Shown here: positions 47,977 through 57,635 of the stretch, piece after piece
How the letters are laid out: each line of letters starts with the position of its first letter
Position numbering within the stretch: position 1 is the first letter of the stretch
NCBI GenBank assembly: GCA_021802705.1
Contig: JAJZRL010000002.1
Span: forward strand, 91,024 to 155,023
Length of the DNA: 64,000 bases
Origin: a bacterium
GTDB lineage: Bacteria; Patescibacteriota; Minisyncoccia; Phycocordibacterales; Phycocordibacteraceae
Direction: 5' to 3'
Position numbers and translations under genes: made by a program
Notes under the pieces: model-generated
Told to the model about the DNA's origin: nothing
Database searches by the model: none
What the model saw: only the letters and a program-made list of their open reading frames with translations

Positions 47977-48825
47977 ATGAAATCCTACCGTCCAACTACC
48001 AAGAGCCGCCGTTTCATGACTACGCTGCCGTACCGGGAGCTTCTCTCCGGTGATGCGCCGCATAAGCCTTTGCTCTTGAAAAAGAAGCGTCAGGCCGGCC
48101 GAAACGATTTCGGACGCATCACGACACGCCACCAGGGAGGCGGACACAAGCGTCGTTTGAGGGACATCGATTTCTCTTACAACAAGAAGAACGTGCCGGC
48201 GAAGATCGAGACCGTCGAATACGATCCTTTCCGCTCCGCGTTTATCGGGCGCGCGCTTTATCGCGACGGCGAGCGCCGGTACGTCATCCTCCCGAGGGAG
48301 GTGAAGGTCGGAGACTCTTTCGTCGTTTCCGCGGATGCCCCGCTTGCTTCCGGTAATCGGCTTCCGCTCGGGAAAATTCCCGTTGGAACCTTCGTATACA
48401 ACATTGAGCTCGCGCCCGGAGCCGGCGCCGTGCTGGTCCGCTCTGCGGGCAGCGCGGCCGAAGTCGTCGCGCATGATGCCGGCTATGCTCAGATCAAGCT
48501 TCCGTCAAGCGAGATACGGAAGGTTTCCGACCTTGCGTGGGCTAGCATCGGTTCGGTCGGCAATGAGGAGTACAACCTCGTCTCTATCGGGAAAGCCGGC
48601 CGCAGCCGCTGGATGGGTATCCGTCCGACCGTTCGCGGTAACGCTATGAACCCGGTCGACCATCCTCATGGTGGCGGCGAAGGCAAACAGGGCCGCGGCT
48701 TGCGCCGTGCAAAGACGAAGTGGGGCAAGCCTTCCGGCAAGGGCCAGAAGACCCGTACGCCGAAAAAGTACAGCAATGTCTTCATCGTTTCTCGCCGCAA
48801 GGTCGGGAAACGACGCAAGGGCTGA
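47977..48825 (+). CDS. rplB: 50S ribosomal protein L2
   Basis: GGGHKR, EYDP and RGNAMNPVDHPHGGGEG motifs. Confidence 0.98.
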   Translation: MKSYRPTTKSRRFMTTLPYRELLSGDAPHKPLLLKKKRQAGRNDFGRITTRHQGGGHKRRLRDIDFSYNKKNVPAKIETVEYDPFRSAFIGRALYRDGERRYVILPREVKVGDSFVVSADAPLASGNRLPLGKIPVGTFVYNIELAPGAGAVLVRSAGSAAEVVAHDAGYAQIKLPSSEIRKVSDLAWASIGSVGNEEYNLVSIGKAGRSRWMGIRPTVRGNAMNPVDHPHGGGEGKQGRGLRRAKTKWGKPSGKGQKTRTPKKYSNVFIVSRRKVGKRRKG

Positions 48826-48844
48826 TTTTTCCATCGCTTTTTTC

Positions 48845-48876
48845 TTGATAAAGCCCGCATACGCGGGCTTTATCAA
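48845..48876. terminator. bidirectional terminator between rplB and the RsiV-like gene
   Basis: TTGATAAAGCCCGC-ATAC-GCGGGCTTTATCAA. Confidence 0.75.
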
Positions 48877-49649
48877 CGGTATTCCGGCTTCAGGATGTCC
48901 GAGAGCGTTTCCGTTTTGATGCGTAGCGTCTGCGGCCCGAGAGCGTACGGGGCGACCTGGTATGTCGGGAAAAGTATGACGAAATCGCTGTTGTCAAAAA
49001 AGAAATTCTCGAAATTCTTTTCTTCCGGCGTCGTGCCGTTCTGGATGAACTGCGTATCGGCGCCTGGACCGATGATGCCCGGCAGTTCCGAACGGCTTAT
49101 CGAAGAGAGCCGGTCGAGATACGATGCGCCCGGAAGGAAGATGTCCGCAAGCGAGAGCGCCGCGCCGGTCTTGGTATCGAACGCGAAGGTCTTGAAATAG
49201 CTGAAGGGATGCGCACCGCCCGTGTCTTCGTATATGGTGAAGATATACGACACGGTATGCGCAGACGAGCCGATGAGATACACTATCTGCAACGATCCTT
49301 TTCCATCGCTCGGCTGTGCGGGCGTACCGGCTCCATACGTATTGCTTGTAAAACCAGCCTTGAACGTACTCACGGTCCCGCCGACGAAGTTTCGCATGAG
49401 CGCAATCGCCGAATCGTTCTCGGCCGCGCCGACGCTTGCAAGAAGCGGGGTAGTCGTCGGATAGTTCGCGGCGATATCGTAAGAGCCCGTGTGCTCGCTG
49501 TAGCTTCCTGCGGAAAGAGCCGCGGTTTCCCCGCTTGTTTCCGTCTTTGCCGGCGCGGGAATCGTGCGCAGGTAAAGGATAGTCCCGATAACTATACCGG
49601 AAACGGCAAAGAGAATAAGGCCGGCTAAGAGGACGGTTCGTCGGATCAT
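48873..49649 (-). CDS. RsiV-like / DUF3298 domain membrane-anchored protein
   Basis: N-terminal TM; TGGAHP, FDTKTGAALSLADIF and YQVAPYALG motifs. Confidence 0.85.
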   Translation of the reverse strand: MIRRTVLLAGLILFAVSGIVIGTILYLRTIPAPAKTETSGETAALSAGSYSEHTGSYDIAANYPTTTPLLASVGAAENDSAIALMRNFVGGTVSTFKAGFTSNTYGAGTPAQPSDGKGSLQIVYLIGSSAHTVSYIFTIYEDTGGAHPFSYFKTFAFDTKTGAALSLADIFLPGASYLDRLSSISRSELPGIIGPGADTQFIQNGTTPEEKNFENFFFDNSDFVILFPTYQVAPYALGPQTLRIKTETLSDILKPEYR

Positions 49650-49785
49650 TGGCTGTAGTGTATCAAATCCGCGTATGACGCAGCAGGTTCCGGCGGCATG
49701 CCGACAGGCCTTGTAACGCCCGCACCCGAAGAGTATTCTTTGTTCCGGAAGTGCTGTTTCGTGGATAAAACGAAAGAGGTGCCAG

Positions 49786-49998
49786 ATGAACGGGAAGAAA
49801 CTATGGCCTGCACTGCATTTCGGGCCGGTAAATCTGTGGACCGTTATGTCCGCATTGATGTTCTATTCGACGCATGACGAACAAGAGAAGATAGTGTGGC
49901 GGGAATACGACCAGGTAATTCACGCGACCCGCACGAAGGCAATCGTTCCGGACAGTCCGGCTATCGGCAGGATCGGCATGCTTATCGCCGCGCGATAG
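49786..49998 (+). CDS. 70-aa hypothetical protein
   Basis: TTGTAA (49711)-17-TATTCT (49734) promoter, AAGAGGT SD and a terminator at 50007. Confidence 0.55.
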   Translation: MNGKKLWPALHFGPVNLWTVMSALMFYSTHDEQEKIVWREYDQVIHATRTKAIVPDSPAIGRIGMLIAAR

Positions 49999-50006
49999 AC
50001 CCCCTA

Positions 50007-50037
50007 AAAGAGCTCCGAAAGAGCTCTTTATTTTTTT
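50007..50037 (+). terminator. intrinsic terminator
   Basis: AAAGAGCTC-CGAAA-GAGCTCTTT followed by ATTTTTTT. Confidence 0.75.
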
Positions 50038-50070
50038 GGAATCCTCACCTAAGCGCCGACCCTATCATTA

Positions 50071-50099
50071 TTGACTCTTCTGACAGTCTCCTGTATCTT
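50071..50099 (+). promoter_or_regulatory. promoter of rpsS
   Basis: TTGACT, 17 bp spacer, TATCTT. Confidence 0.72.
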
Positions 50100-50138
50100 T
50101 CAAGTATCTCGCGCTTGCGCGGGCTTTTCATTACTTAC

Positions 50139-50483
50139 ATGGCACGCTCACTCAAGAAGGGACCCTTCGTGGACGCAAAGCTCCTGAAAAAGGTCGCTGA
50201 CAAGAAACCGTCTTCAACCGGTGTTATTGCCACGTGGGCGCGCAGGAGCCAGATAAGCCCGGAAATGATAGGTTTTACGTTCGGTGTCCATAACGGCAAG
50301 CAGCATGTCGAGGTCCTCGTGTCCGAGGAGATGGTAGGGCACCGTCTCGGCGAATTTTCGCCGACGAAGAAGTTCGTCCGCCACGGCGGCAAGATGCAGA
50401 AGGAGCTCGAACAGAAAAGGCAGCAGGCTGAAATAGCCGCAGCGAAAGCCTCGAAGGAGTCTCCGGCTAAGGGTAAGAAATAA
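50139..50483 (+). CDS. rpsS: 30S ribosomal protein S19
   Basis: [12 protein letters not shown] and [12 protein letters not shown] motifs. Confidence 0.98.
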   Translation: MARSLKKGPFVDAKLLKKVADKKPSSTGVIATWARRSQISPEMIGFTFGVHNGKQHVEVLVSEEMVGHRLGEFSPTKKFVRHGGKMQKELEQKRQQAEIAAAKASKESPAKGKK

Positions 50484-50494
50484 TCGATACGACC

Positions 50495-50824
50495 ATGGCC
50501 CGCGCAACGCTCAAGAGTCATAACCAGTCGCCACGCAAGATCCGTCTTGTCGCGAATCTCGTGAAAGGGAAACCGGTTCCCGCTGCGCTCGCTGCGCTCC
50601 AGTTTCTTCCCAACCGCGCCGCCTACCCGGTCGCGAAGCTCATCAAGAGCGCCGCGGCGAATGCGGGCGCGCAGGGGAAGAAGCCGGAAGAGCTGGTCGT
50701 GCGGTCGGTCATCGTAGAGAGCGCGGGAATGCTGAAACGGTACATGCCGCGCGCTTTCGGCCGGGCTTCGCTCCTTCGCCATCGGAAGAGCCGCGTGAAG
50801 GTAACGCTCGCACCGCTTGTATGA
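50495..50824 (+). CDS. rplV: 50S ribosomal protein L22
   Basis: SPRKIRLVA and PRAFGRA motifs. Confidence 0.96.
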   Translation: MARATLKSHNQSPRKIRLVANLVKGKPVPAALAALQFLPNRAAYPVAKLIKSAAANAGAQGKKPEELVVRSVIVESAGMLKRYMPRAFGRASLLRHRKSRVKVTLAPLV

Positions 50825-51525
50825 CGCACACCGTACATCCCTACGCGCACCGTCTCGGCATCATCCGGGACTGGAAGAGCCGCTGGTTCGCGAGCGACAA
50901 GAAGAAGTATCGTGAAAATATAAAAATAGACGAAACCATACGACGCTTCCTCGCCAAGCGCTTGCGCGGCACCTACACGAGTGGCATAGAGATCGAGCGC
51001 TCGGAGAACGAGCTGCGCGTCATCCTTTCGACGGCGCGTCCCGGCCTTGTGATAGGCCGTTCCGGCGAGAATGCTGCGAAGCTGCGCAAAGAGCTTTCCG
51101 AGGTGATACATCACGTGGCGCCGAGCGACCGGCGCGCGCTCAAATTCGACATCATAGAAGTACGTCAGCCGGAAACGGACGCTGCCGTGGTCGCCTACAT
51201 GGTTATCGAAGGTCTCGAGAAGAGAATGCCGTTCCGGCGCGTTCTGAAGCAGACGGTCGAGAAAGTCATTGCGGTGCGCGAGGTCGAGGGCGTACGCATC
51301 ACCATTTCCGGACGGCTCGGCGGTGCAGAGATGAGCCGCAAGGAAGAGATCAAGAAAGGCCGGATTCCGCTCCAGACGTTCCGTGCCGATATTGATTTCG
51401 CGCACGACGAAGCGCATCTGCCGTACGGCGTTATCGGCGTGAAGGTCTGGATATACCGCGGCAACGTGTATCAGGACAAGAAGGCTCATTCGCGCTCGAT
51501 TCCGGGAGAACCGGCGCTCGGCTAA
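50821..51525 (+). CDS. rpsC: 30S ribosomal protein S3
   Basis: ARPGLVIG, SGRLGGAE and GRIPLQTFRADID motifs. Confidence 0.98.
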   Translation: MTHTVHPYAHRLGIIRDWKSRWFASDKKKYRENIKIDETIRRFLAKRLRGTYTSGIEIERSENELRVILSTARPGLVIGRSGENAAKLRKELSEVIHHVAPSDRRALKFDIIEVRQPETDAAVVAYMVIEGLEKRMPFRRVLKQTVEKVIAVREVEGVRITISGRLGGAEMSRKEEIKKGRIPLQTFRADIDFAHDEAHLPYGVIGVKVWIYRGNVYQDKKAHSRSIPGEPALG

Positions 51526-51534
51526 CTTATTACC

Positions 51535-51957
51535 ATGCTTTTTCCGAAGAAAGTAAAACACCGCAAGTGGCAGACGCAGCGCAAGAGCGAGAAGCGCCTC
51601 GCGCGTCCCGATACCCGCGGGACCGATGTCGTGTTCGGCGCGCTTGGGCTCAAGGCGTTGACGCACGCGCGCATGACGAGCAATCAGATCGAGGCGGCTC
51701 GCAAGGTGCTCACACGCGCGACGGCAAAGACCGGCAAGCTCTGGATACGCGTCTTTCCTGACAGGCCGGTAACCGCGAAGCCTGCCGAAGTAGGCATGGG
51801 CAGCGGCAAGGGCGACCCGAAGCACTACGTATTCGAAGTGCGTCCGGGACGTATACTTTTTGAAATCGATGGCGTTGCCGAAGGCGTCGCTCGCGCCCAT
51901 CTTCGCCAGGCTGGCATGAAACTGCCCGTCAAGACCTCGATCGTCGTGCGCCACTAA
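51535..51957 (+). CDS. rplP: 50S ribosomal protein L16
   Basis: QIEAAR, WIRVFPD and MGSGKG motifs. Confidence 0.97.
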   Translation: MLFPKKVKHRKWQTQRKSEKRLARPDTRGTDVVFGALGLKALTHARMTSNQIEAARKVLTRATAKTGKLWIRVFPDRPVTAKPAEVGMGSGKGDPKHYVFEVRPGRILFEIDGVAEGVARAHLRQAGMKLPVKTSIVVRH

Positions 51958-51980
51958 AACATTGCTTTTTCATCGCTTTT

Positions 51981-52202
51981 ATGACAAAAAGAAATACCAT
52001 GACGACCTTGACGGACCAGGAGCTCGGTAAGCTCCTTGAGGAAACGCGCGAGCATCTGCGTACGGAGCGCTTTGCCGCTTCTGGTGCGCGCCCTAAGGAT
52101 TCGAGCGCACCTAAGAAATTGCGTGCCACGCTCGCGCGCGTGCTTACGGAGCAGCATGCGCGCCTGACGCGTGCCAAGAGCGAAGAGGTTCATGCAGAGT
52201 AA
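51981..52202 (+). CDS. rpmC: 50S ribosomal protein L29
   Basis: Position between rplP and rpsQ; LRTERF...LRATLARVLT. Confidence 0.9.
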   Translation: MTKRNTMTTLTDQELGKLLEETREHLRTERFAASGARPKDSSAPKKLRATLARVLTEQHARLTRAKSEEVHAE

Positions 52203-52206
52203 TGCT

Positions 52207-52500
52207 ATGGAACACAGCACCCCTCGTCCGCAATCGTTCACTGGCGTCGTCGTAAAGACGGCGATGAAAGACACGGCTACCGTCCGGGTCGACCGCTTCG
52301 TGAAGCATCCGAAGTACAAAAAATACCTCGTGCGCTCGAAGAAGTACCTTGCGCACGATCCCGGCAATACGGCACAGGTTGGCGACAAGGTCACCATTAT
52401 CGCGTCACGTCCGATTTCCAAACTGAAGCGGTTTATCATCGCTTCCCTTAAGGGAACGCCGGTTTCTGGCCGAGATTCCGCCGAGACCGAGAAAAACTAA
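52207..52500 (+). CDS. rpsQ: 30S ribosomal protein S17
   Basis: GVVV...MKDT, HPKYKK, AHD and RPISKLK motifs. Confidence 0.96.
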   Translation: MEHSTPRPQSFTGVVVKTAMKDTATVRVDRFVKHPKYKKYLVRSKKYLAHDPGNTAQVGDKVTIIASRPISKLKRFIIASLKGTPVSGRDSAETEKN

Positions 52501-52501
52501 C

Positions 52502-52879
52502 ATGCTACAACCCCGATCCATCGTTACTGTTGCAGATAATTCCGGCGGAAAAATCGCTCGGATATTCAAGATACTCGGAGGAAGCCACCGCCGCTATGCG
52601 CGCATCGGCGACGTCGTCGTCGTTTCCATACAGACGGCCGAACCGCGCAAGGCGGTGAAAAAGAAGGATATCTGCCGGGCCGTTATCGTGCGGCAGGTCA
52701 AGCCTTTCGCGCGGAAGGACGGGTCGTATGTGCGTTTCGATGAGAATGCGGTCGTCCTTATCGAGAAGCAGGGCAAGGAGATGGGTCCGAAAGGGAACCG
52801 CATCTTCGGCCCGGTGCCGCGCGAGCTTTCCGAACGGGGCTGGCACGCCATCGTGTCGCTCGCGCCTGATGTCGTCTAA
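52502..52879 (+). CDS. rplN: 50S ribosomal protein L14
   Basis: VADNSG, RFDENA and RIFGPV motifs. Confidence 0.98.
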   Translation: MLQPRSIVTVADNSGGKIARIFKILGGSHRRYARIGDVVVVSIQTAEPRKAVKKKDICRAVIVRQVKPFARKDGSYVRFDENAVVLIEKQGKEMGPKGNRIFGPVPRELSERGWHAIVSLAPDVV

Positions 52880-52890
52880 TTTCTAGAGGT

Positions 52891-53109
52891 ATGCGAATTA
52901 AAAAAGGAGACAAGGTGAAGGTCATTTCCGGCAAAGACAAAGGGACGGTCGGCGTCGTTTTGCGCGCGTTCCCTAAAGAAGATAGGGTTCTCGTCGAAGG
53001 TGTCGCTATCGCGAAACGCCACCGCAAAGGCCGCTCGGGAGAGACCGGCCGCATCGTCGAATCCCCGCAGCCGATCCATGTCTCGAATGTCGCGCACGTC
53101 GAAAAATAA
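52891..53109 (+). CDS. rplX: 50S ribosomal protein L24 (short form)
   Basis: [16 protein letters not shown] and PIHVSNV motifs. Confidence 0.96.
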   Translation: MRIKKGDKVKVISGKDKGTVGVVLRAFPKEDRVLVEGVAIAKRHRKGRSGETGRIVESPQPIHVSNVAHVEK

Positions 53110-53124
53110 ATTCCCACACACTTT

Positions 53125-53676
53125 ATGTCCATAACCAAACAAAGACAGCAGACGGCCTATCTCGCGCTCGCGGAGGCTTTTTCCTATACGAGTCCTATGC
53201 AGGGACCCCGTATCAGCAAGGTCATCGTTTCTTCCGGTATCGGTAAGAAACGCGATAAGAAGCAGGTCGAGCTTATCGAAGACCGCCTCGCGAAGATAAC
53301 CGGACAGAAGCCTTCTTTGCGGCCGGCACGTCTTTCGATCGCGTCCTTCAAGGTACGCGAAGGCGATCCTGTCGGTCTCCAGGTGACGCTCCGCGGAGCC
53401 CGCATGTATGATTTCCTCGACAAGCTCATCCATATCGCGTTGCCGCGCGCGCGAGATTTCCGGGGTATTCCGGCGACTGCCATCGACGACATGGGCAATA
53501 TCACTATCGGTATCAAAGAGCATACGATTTTCCCGGAAACCAACGACGAGGATCTGAAAGACGTCTTCGGTTTTGCCGTAACCGTCGTTACGACCGCTTC
53601 GACGAAGGCCGAGGCCGAGGCGTTTTTGCGGCATATCGGCGTCCCGCTTATCGTTGACTCCGGCGTAAAACGCTGA
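53125..53676 (+). CDS. rplE: 50S ribosomal protein L5
   Basis: ITGQKP, VTLRG and ALPRARDFRG motifs. Confidence 0.98.
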   Translation: MSITKQRQQTAYLALAEAFSYTSPMQGPRISKVIVSSGIGKKRDKKQVELIEDRLAKITGQKPSLRPARLSIASFKVREGDPVGLQVTLRGARMYDFLDKLIHIALPRARDFRGIPATAIDDMGNITIGIKEHTIFPETNDEDLKDVFGFAVTVVTTASTKAEAEAFLRHIGVPLIVDSGVKR

Positions 53677-53712
53677 TATTCTGAACTGACGCTCCTCGGA
53701 GCTTTATTTTTT

Positions 53713-53982
53713 ATGGCAAAGAAATCTCAACTGGCGCGGTATGCCAAGAAGGAAGCGCTCGTAAAGAAGTACGCGGCCAAGCGTGCGGCTCTTAAGGCTG
53801 CGGGAGATTTTGACGCGCTGCAGAAGCTTCCGAGGAACTCGTCGCCGGTCCGACTCAAGAACCGCTGCGCGATTTCCGGCCGCTCGCGAGGCTACATGCG
53901 CCTTTTCGGGCTTTCGCGCATCCAGTTCCGCGAGCTTGCAAGGGAAGGGAGGATACCCGGAGTAAAAAAGGCATCATGGTAA
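53713..53982 (+). CDS. rpsN: 30S ribosomal protein S14 (89-aa Zn-independent type)
   Basis: [14 protein letters not shown]...[10 protein letters not shown]...PGVKKASW. Confidence 0.96.
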   Translation: MAKKSQLARYAKKEALVKKYAAKRAALKAAGDFDALQKLPRNSSPVRLKNRCAISGRSRGYMRLFGLSRIQFRELAREGRIPGVKKASW

Positions 53983-54380
53983 GCGACCGCATCGGCGATT
54001 TCATCATCCGTCTCCAGAATGCCGCCCGTATCGGCAAGCATGAGGCGGAAGTCCCTCACTCCCTCTTCCTTCTTGCTATCGCGAAGAAGCTCAAGGAGCT
54101 CGGGTTTCTTTCCGATGTCGAGGTGCGAGATGATGATACGAGTGGTGTAAAGAAGACGATTGTCGTGACGCTCGCATATGACGCGCGCGGGCAGGCGAAG
54201 CTGCGCGGCGTGAAGCGCGTGAGCAAGCCCGGTCGCCGGCTCTACATACCTCACACGGCCGCGCACAAGGTGAAGGGAGGCACGGGCGTCCGCATCATCT
54301 CGTCCCCGATCGGCATCGTCTCGGATAGGGATGCGCGCAAGAGCCATGTCGGCGGCGAGGATCTTTTTGAAATCTGGTAA
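53976..54380 (+). CDS. rpsH: 30S ribosomal protein S8
   Basis: [10 protein letters not shown] and VGGE motifs. Confidence 0.97.
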   Translation: MVSDRIGDFIIRLQNAARIGKHEAEVPHSLFLLAIAKKLKELGFLSDVEVRDDDTSGVKKTIVVTLAYDARGQAKLRGVKRVSKPGRRLYIPHTAAHKVKGGTGVRIISSPIGIVSDRDARKSHVGGEDLFEIW

Positions 54381-54393
54381 GGTACGATACGCT

Positions 54394-54924
54394 ATGAGCC
54401 GTCTTGCAAAAAAACCGATCGTCGTAGGGAAAACCATCGTGAGCATGGAAGACTCGACGCTTTCCGTAAAGGGGACCAAGGGCACGCTTACCAAGCAGGT
54501 GCATCCCTCCGTCTCCATAATCGTGGGCGAGAACGGGGTCATGGTCGCTCCGAAAGACCGTTCACGCCTCGCAAAGGCGCTTACGGGAACATTCGCCTCG
54601 CACGTGAAGAACATGATTGCCGGCGTCGAACAGCCGTACATGAAGAAGCTCATACTCGAGGGTGTCGGCTATCGTGTCGAGGTCAAGGGGAATGAGATCG
54701 TGCTGACCGTCGGATTCTCCCACACGGTCGCTCTCAAGATACCGGACGGCATTACGGCCTCGGTCGAAAAAAACCTCATCAAAATAGAAGGTATCGACAA
54801 AGAAACGGTCGGCCAGTTCGCAGCGAACATACGCCGCGTGAAGCCGCCGGAACCGTACCTTGGCAAAGGTATCCGTTACGAAGGCGAAGTCATACGTCGC
54901 AAACAGGGCAAGAAAGCAGTATAA
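54394..54924 (+). CDS. rplF: 50S ribosomal protein L6
   Basis: GVGYR, GFSH and PEPYLGKGIRY motifs. Confidence 0.97.
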   Translation: MSRLAKKPIVVGKTIVSMEDSTLSVKGTKGTLTKQVHPSVSIIVGENGVMVAPKDRSRLAKALTGTFASHVKNMIAGVEQPYMKKLILEGVGYRVEVKGNEIVLTVGFSHTVALKIPDGITASVEKNLIKIEGIDKETVGQFAANIRRVKPPEPYLGKGIRYEGEVIRRKQGKKAV

Positions 54925-54931
54925 CCATCCT

Positions 54932-55282
54932 ATGAACCGCACATCAAAAACAAAAGCCGAGTCGAGGAGCCGACGCCACGCACGCATACGCTCCCGCGTA
55001 AGCGGGACGTCGTCCCGTCCGCGCCTTGCCGTCTACAAGAGCAACCGTTTCGTTTCGGTACAGCTTATCGACGATACGGCCGGGAAGACGCTTGCAGCGG
55101 CTCATGGCCGCAAGTTTCCCGGATCGCAATCCGTACAGGCGAGAGCGGTCGGCGAAGCGATAGCGAAAGCGGCAAAGGCTATCGGTATCACCTCGATCGT
55201 CTTCGATCGGGGCGGCTATCGTTATGGCGGCCAGATCAAGACGCTTGCGGATGTCGCACGCGAAGAAGGGCTTGTCTTTTAA
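54932..55282 (+). CDS. rplR: 50S ribosomal protein L18
   Basis: RPRLAVYKS and FDRGGYRYGG motifs. Confidence 0.97.
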   Translation: MNRTSKTKAESRSRRHARIRSRVSGTSSRPRLAVYKSNRFVSVQLIDDTAGKTLAAAHGRKFPGSQSVQARAVGEAIAKAAKAIGITSIVFDRGGYRYGGQIKTLADVAREEGLVF

Positions 55283-55289
55283 ATAAAAT

Positions 55290-55883
55290 ATGAGCACGAT
55301 ACCGGAACAGGATACGATAGGAGCAGAAAAGGATGTTGCCGTGGCAGCAGTTCCTACGGCAACGCCGGCTCCTCGCGCCGAGCGCGCGCGGGGATCGTTG
55401 CGCGGCCGCTCGCCGCGCATGGGTGCGCGCAACCGGCCGCCGCGCGAGCGCGGAGAGTTCGATCAGGTTACGATCGATGCGCGCCGCGTCGCGCGCGTGA
55501 TGGCCGGCGGCCGGCGTTTCAGTTTCAGCATCGTCGTCGTCATCGGAGACAAGAACGGCCGTGTCGGCGTCGGTCTCGGGAAAGGGGCCGATACGGCACT
55601 CGCCATCGATAAGGCGACGCGCGATGCGAAGAAACATCTCATCACTATCATCCGCACCGCTTCGGGATCTATCCCGCACCAGACGAAAGCGAAGTACGCT
55701 TCTTCTCTCGTCGAGATCATCCCTTCTCCGGGTCGCGGTCTTGTCGCCGGCTCAGCCATGCGTACGGTGCTCTCTTTGGGAGGCATTACCGACGTCGTGA
55801 CGAAAATCCACACGCGCTCGAAAAACAAGCTCACCATCGCCCGGGCGACCGTCAATGCCCTCCGCGCGCTGCGTGCCGAATAA
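55290..55883 (+). CDS. rpsE: 30S ribosomal protein S5
   Basis: GGRRFSF and GRVGVGLGK motifs. Confidence 0.97.
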   Translation: MSTIPEQDTIGAEKDVAVAAVPTATPAPRAERARGSLRGRSPRMGARNRPPRERGEFDQVTIDARRVARVMAGGRRFSFSIVVVIGDKNGRVGVGLGKGADTALAIDKATRDAKKHLITIIRTASGSIPHQTKAKYASSLVEIIPSPGRGLVAGSAMRTVLSLGGITDVVTKIHTRSKNKLTIARATVNALRALRAE

Positions 55884-55893
55884 CCTTCATACC

Positions 55894-56346
55894 ATGCAAT
55901 TCCACCTCCTTACTCCACACACGAAACGTCATAAGCCTGCTCCGGTCGGCCGCGGCGGGAAACGCGGCAAGACAAGCGGCCGCGGCGGGAAAGGGCAGAC
56001 GGCTCGCGCCGGACACAAGATCCGTCCCGAAGTGCGAGACCTCATAAAGAAGCTCCCGAAACGTCGCGGGCACGGAAAGAACCGTTCGCGTACGGTTCGG
56101 ACAAACCGTATTCCTTTTACCGTCGTGAACCTTGCCGCGCTTGAGACGGCCTACGCTGCCGGCGAAACGGTTTCTTCCGCGACCCTTCTTTCAAAAGGGC
56201 TCGTCCGACGCGCGAATGGCCGCGTCCCGTCGGTGAAGATACTCGGAACGGGTTCGCTCACGAAGTCTTTGGCTATAAAAGGCTGCGTGCTTTCCGCAAC
56301 GGCGCGCACCGCGATCCTCGCCGCTCACGGGACAATCAATGATTAA
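55894..56346 (+). CDS. rplO: 50S ribosomal protein L15
   Basis: GKTSGRGGKGQTARAG and VKILGTG motifs. Confidence 0.96.
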   Translation: MQFHLLTPHTKRHKPAPVGRGGKRGKTSGRGGKGQTARAGHKIRPEVRDLIKKLPKRRGHGKNRSRTVRTNRIPFTVVNLAALETAYAAGETVSSATLLSKGLVRRANGRVPSVKILGTGSLTKSLAIKGCVLSATARTAILAAHGTIND

Positions 56347-57613
56347 CTCCTTCTTCCATAAGCTCAAGCTCGCTTTCGGTGATTCGGAGATACGGAGACG
56401 CATCCTTTTCCTTGCCGGCGCGCTCGTGCTTTTCCGCCTCCTCGCTTCGATACCGATACCGGGCGTCGACAAGACCGCACTCGCATCATTTTTCGCGAAC
56501 AATCAGTTCTTCGGCCTTTTGAATATCTTTTCGGGCGGCGGTCTCTCGCAGCTCTCGGTCGTCATGCTCGGCGTCGGTCCGTACATCACCGCTTCGATAA
56601 TCATGCAGCTCGGTACGATCATCTTCCCGCAGGTAAAACAGGCTTATTTCGAGGAAGGGGAAATCGGTCGCGCGAAGTTTATCGAATGGAGCCGTCTCCT
56701 CACCGTTCCGATCGCGGTCTTGCAGGCCGTCGGCTTCCTGTTCCTGCTTGAAAGCCAGGGCGTCATAGCGCACTTAAGCTCGGTAGCGCTTGTCGCGAAT
56801 ATCGCGCTCGTCGCGGGCGGTTCCATGCTCCTCATGTGGATCGGAGAGCTCGTTACCGAATTCGGCATCGGCAACGGCGTATCGCTCATCATCCTTGCCG
56901 GCATACTGTCGCGGCTCCCGTCCGGCATTTCCGAAACGCTTTTCTCCGCTTCCATGGCGAACATCCCGAGTTACGTCGCGTTTCTCGGGCTCGGTCTCCT
57001 CATGATTTATGCGGTCGTCGTCGTTTCCGACGCCGAACGCTCGATACCGATCGCGTACGCTCGCGCGGTACGCACCGCGGCGCTCTCGCAGGGCGCAGCG
57101 ACCTATCTTCCGATACGGCTCCTGCAGGCGGGCGTGATACCCATCATCTTCGCCCTCTCTCTCCTGCTCCTCCCGCAAATGGCGCTCTCGATGCTCGCAG
57201 CGACCCATATCTCTTTTGCGGCGGGCGCATCGCTCTGGTACACCGCCTTCCTCTCGAACCCGTGGGAGTACGGCGCGGTGTATTTCATATTTGTCGTGCT
57301 CTTCACCTACTTCTACACCGCCGTTACGTTTGAGCCGCATCGTGTCGCCGAAGATCTCCAGAAGACGGGAGCCTTCATTCCGGGGGTGCGTCCCGGACGC
57401 GAAACCGAAGAGTATATCGGCAACGTCGTAAACCGGGTCACGCTTCCAGGCGCCGCCTTTCTCGGCCTTCTCGCCGTCGCTCCTTCCATCGTTCAAGGCC
57501 TTACCGGCGTTACGACGCTCGTGCTTGGCGGTACGGCGCTCCTTATCGCGGTGCAGGTGACGCTCGACCTCGCCCAGAAGATAGATGCCCAGGTATCGCT
57601 TCGGGAATACTAG
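56339..57613 (+). CDS. secY: preprotein translocase SecY
   Basis: LGVGPYITASII, GIGNGVSL, AGVIPIIFA and FIPGVRPG motifs. Confidence 0.98.
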   Translation: MINSFFHKLKLAFGDSEIRRRILFLAGALVLFRLLASIPIPGVDKTALASFFANNQFFGLLNIFSGGGLSQLSVVMLGVGPYITASIIMQLGTIIFPQVKQAYFEEGEIGRAKFIEWSRLLTVPIAVLQAVGFLFLLESQGVIAHLSSVALVANIALVAGGSMLLMWIGELVTEFGIGNGVSLIILAGILSRLPSGISETLFSASMANIPSYVAFLGLGLLMIYAVVVVSDAERSIPIAYARAVRTAALSQGAATYLPIRLLQAGVIPIIFALSLLLLPQMALSMLAATHISFAAGASLWYTAFLSNPWEYGAVYFIFVVLFTYFYTAVTFEPHRVAEDLQKTGAFIPGVRPGRETEEYIGNVVNRVTLPGAAFLGLLAVAPSIVQGLTGVTTLVLGGTALLIAVQVTLDLAQKIDAQVSLREY

Positions 57614-57635
57614 CGAGAGATGATAGACTACGGCA

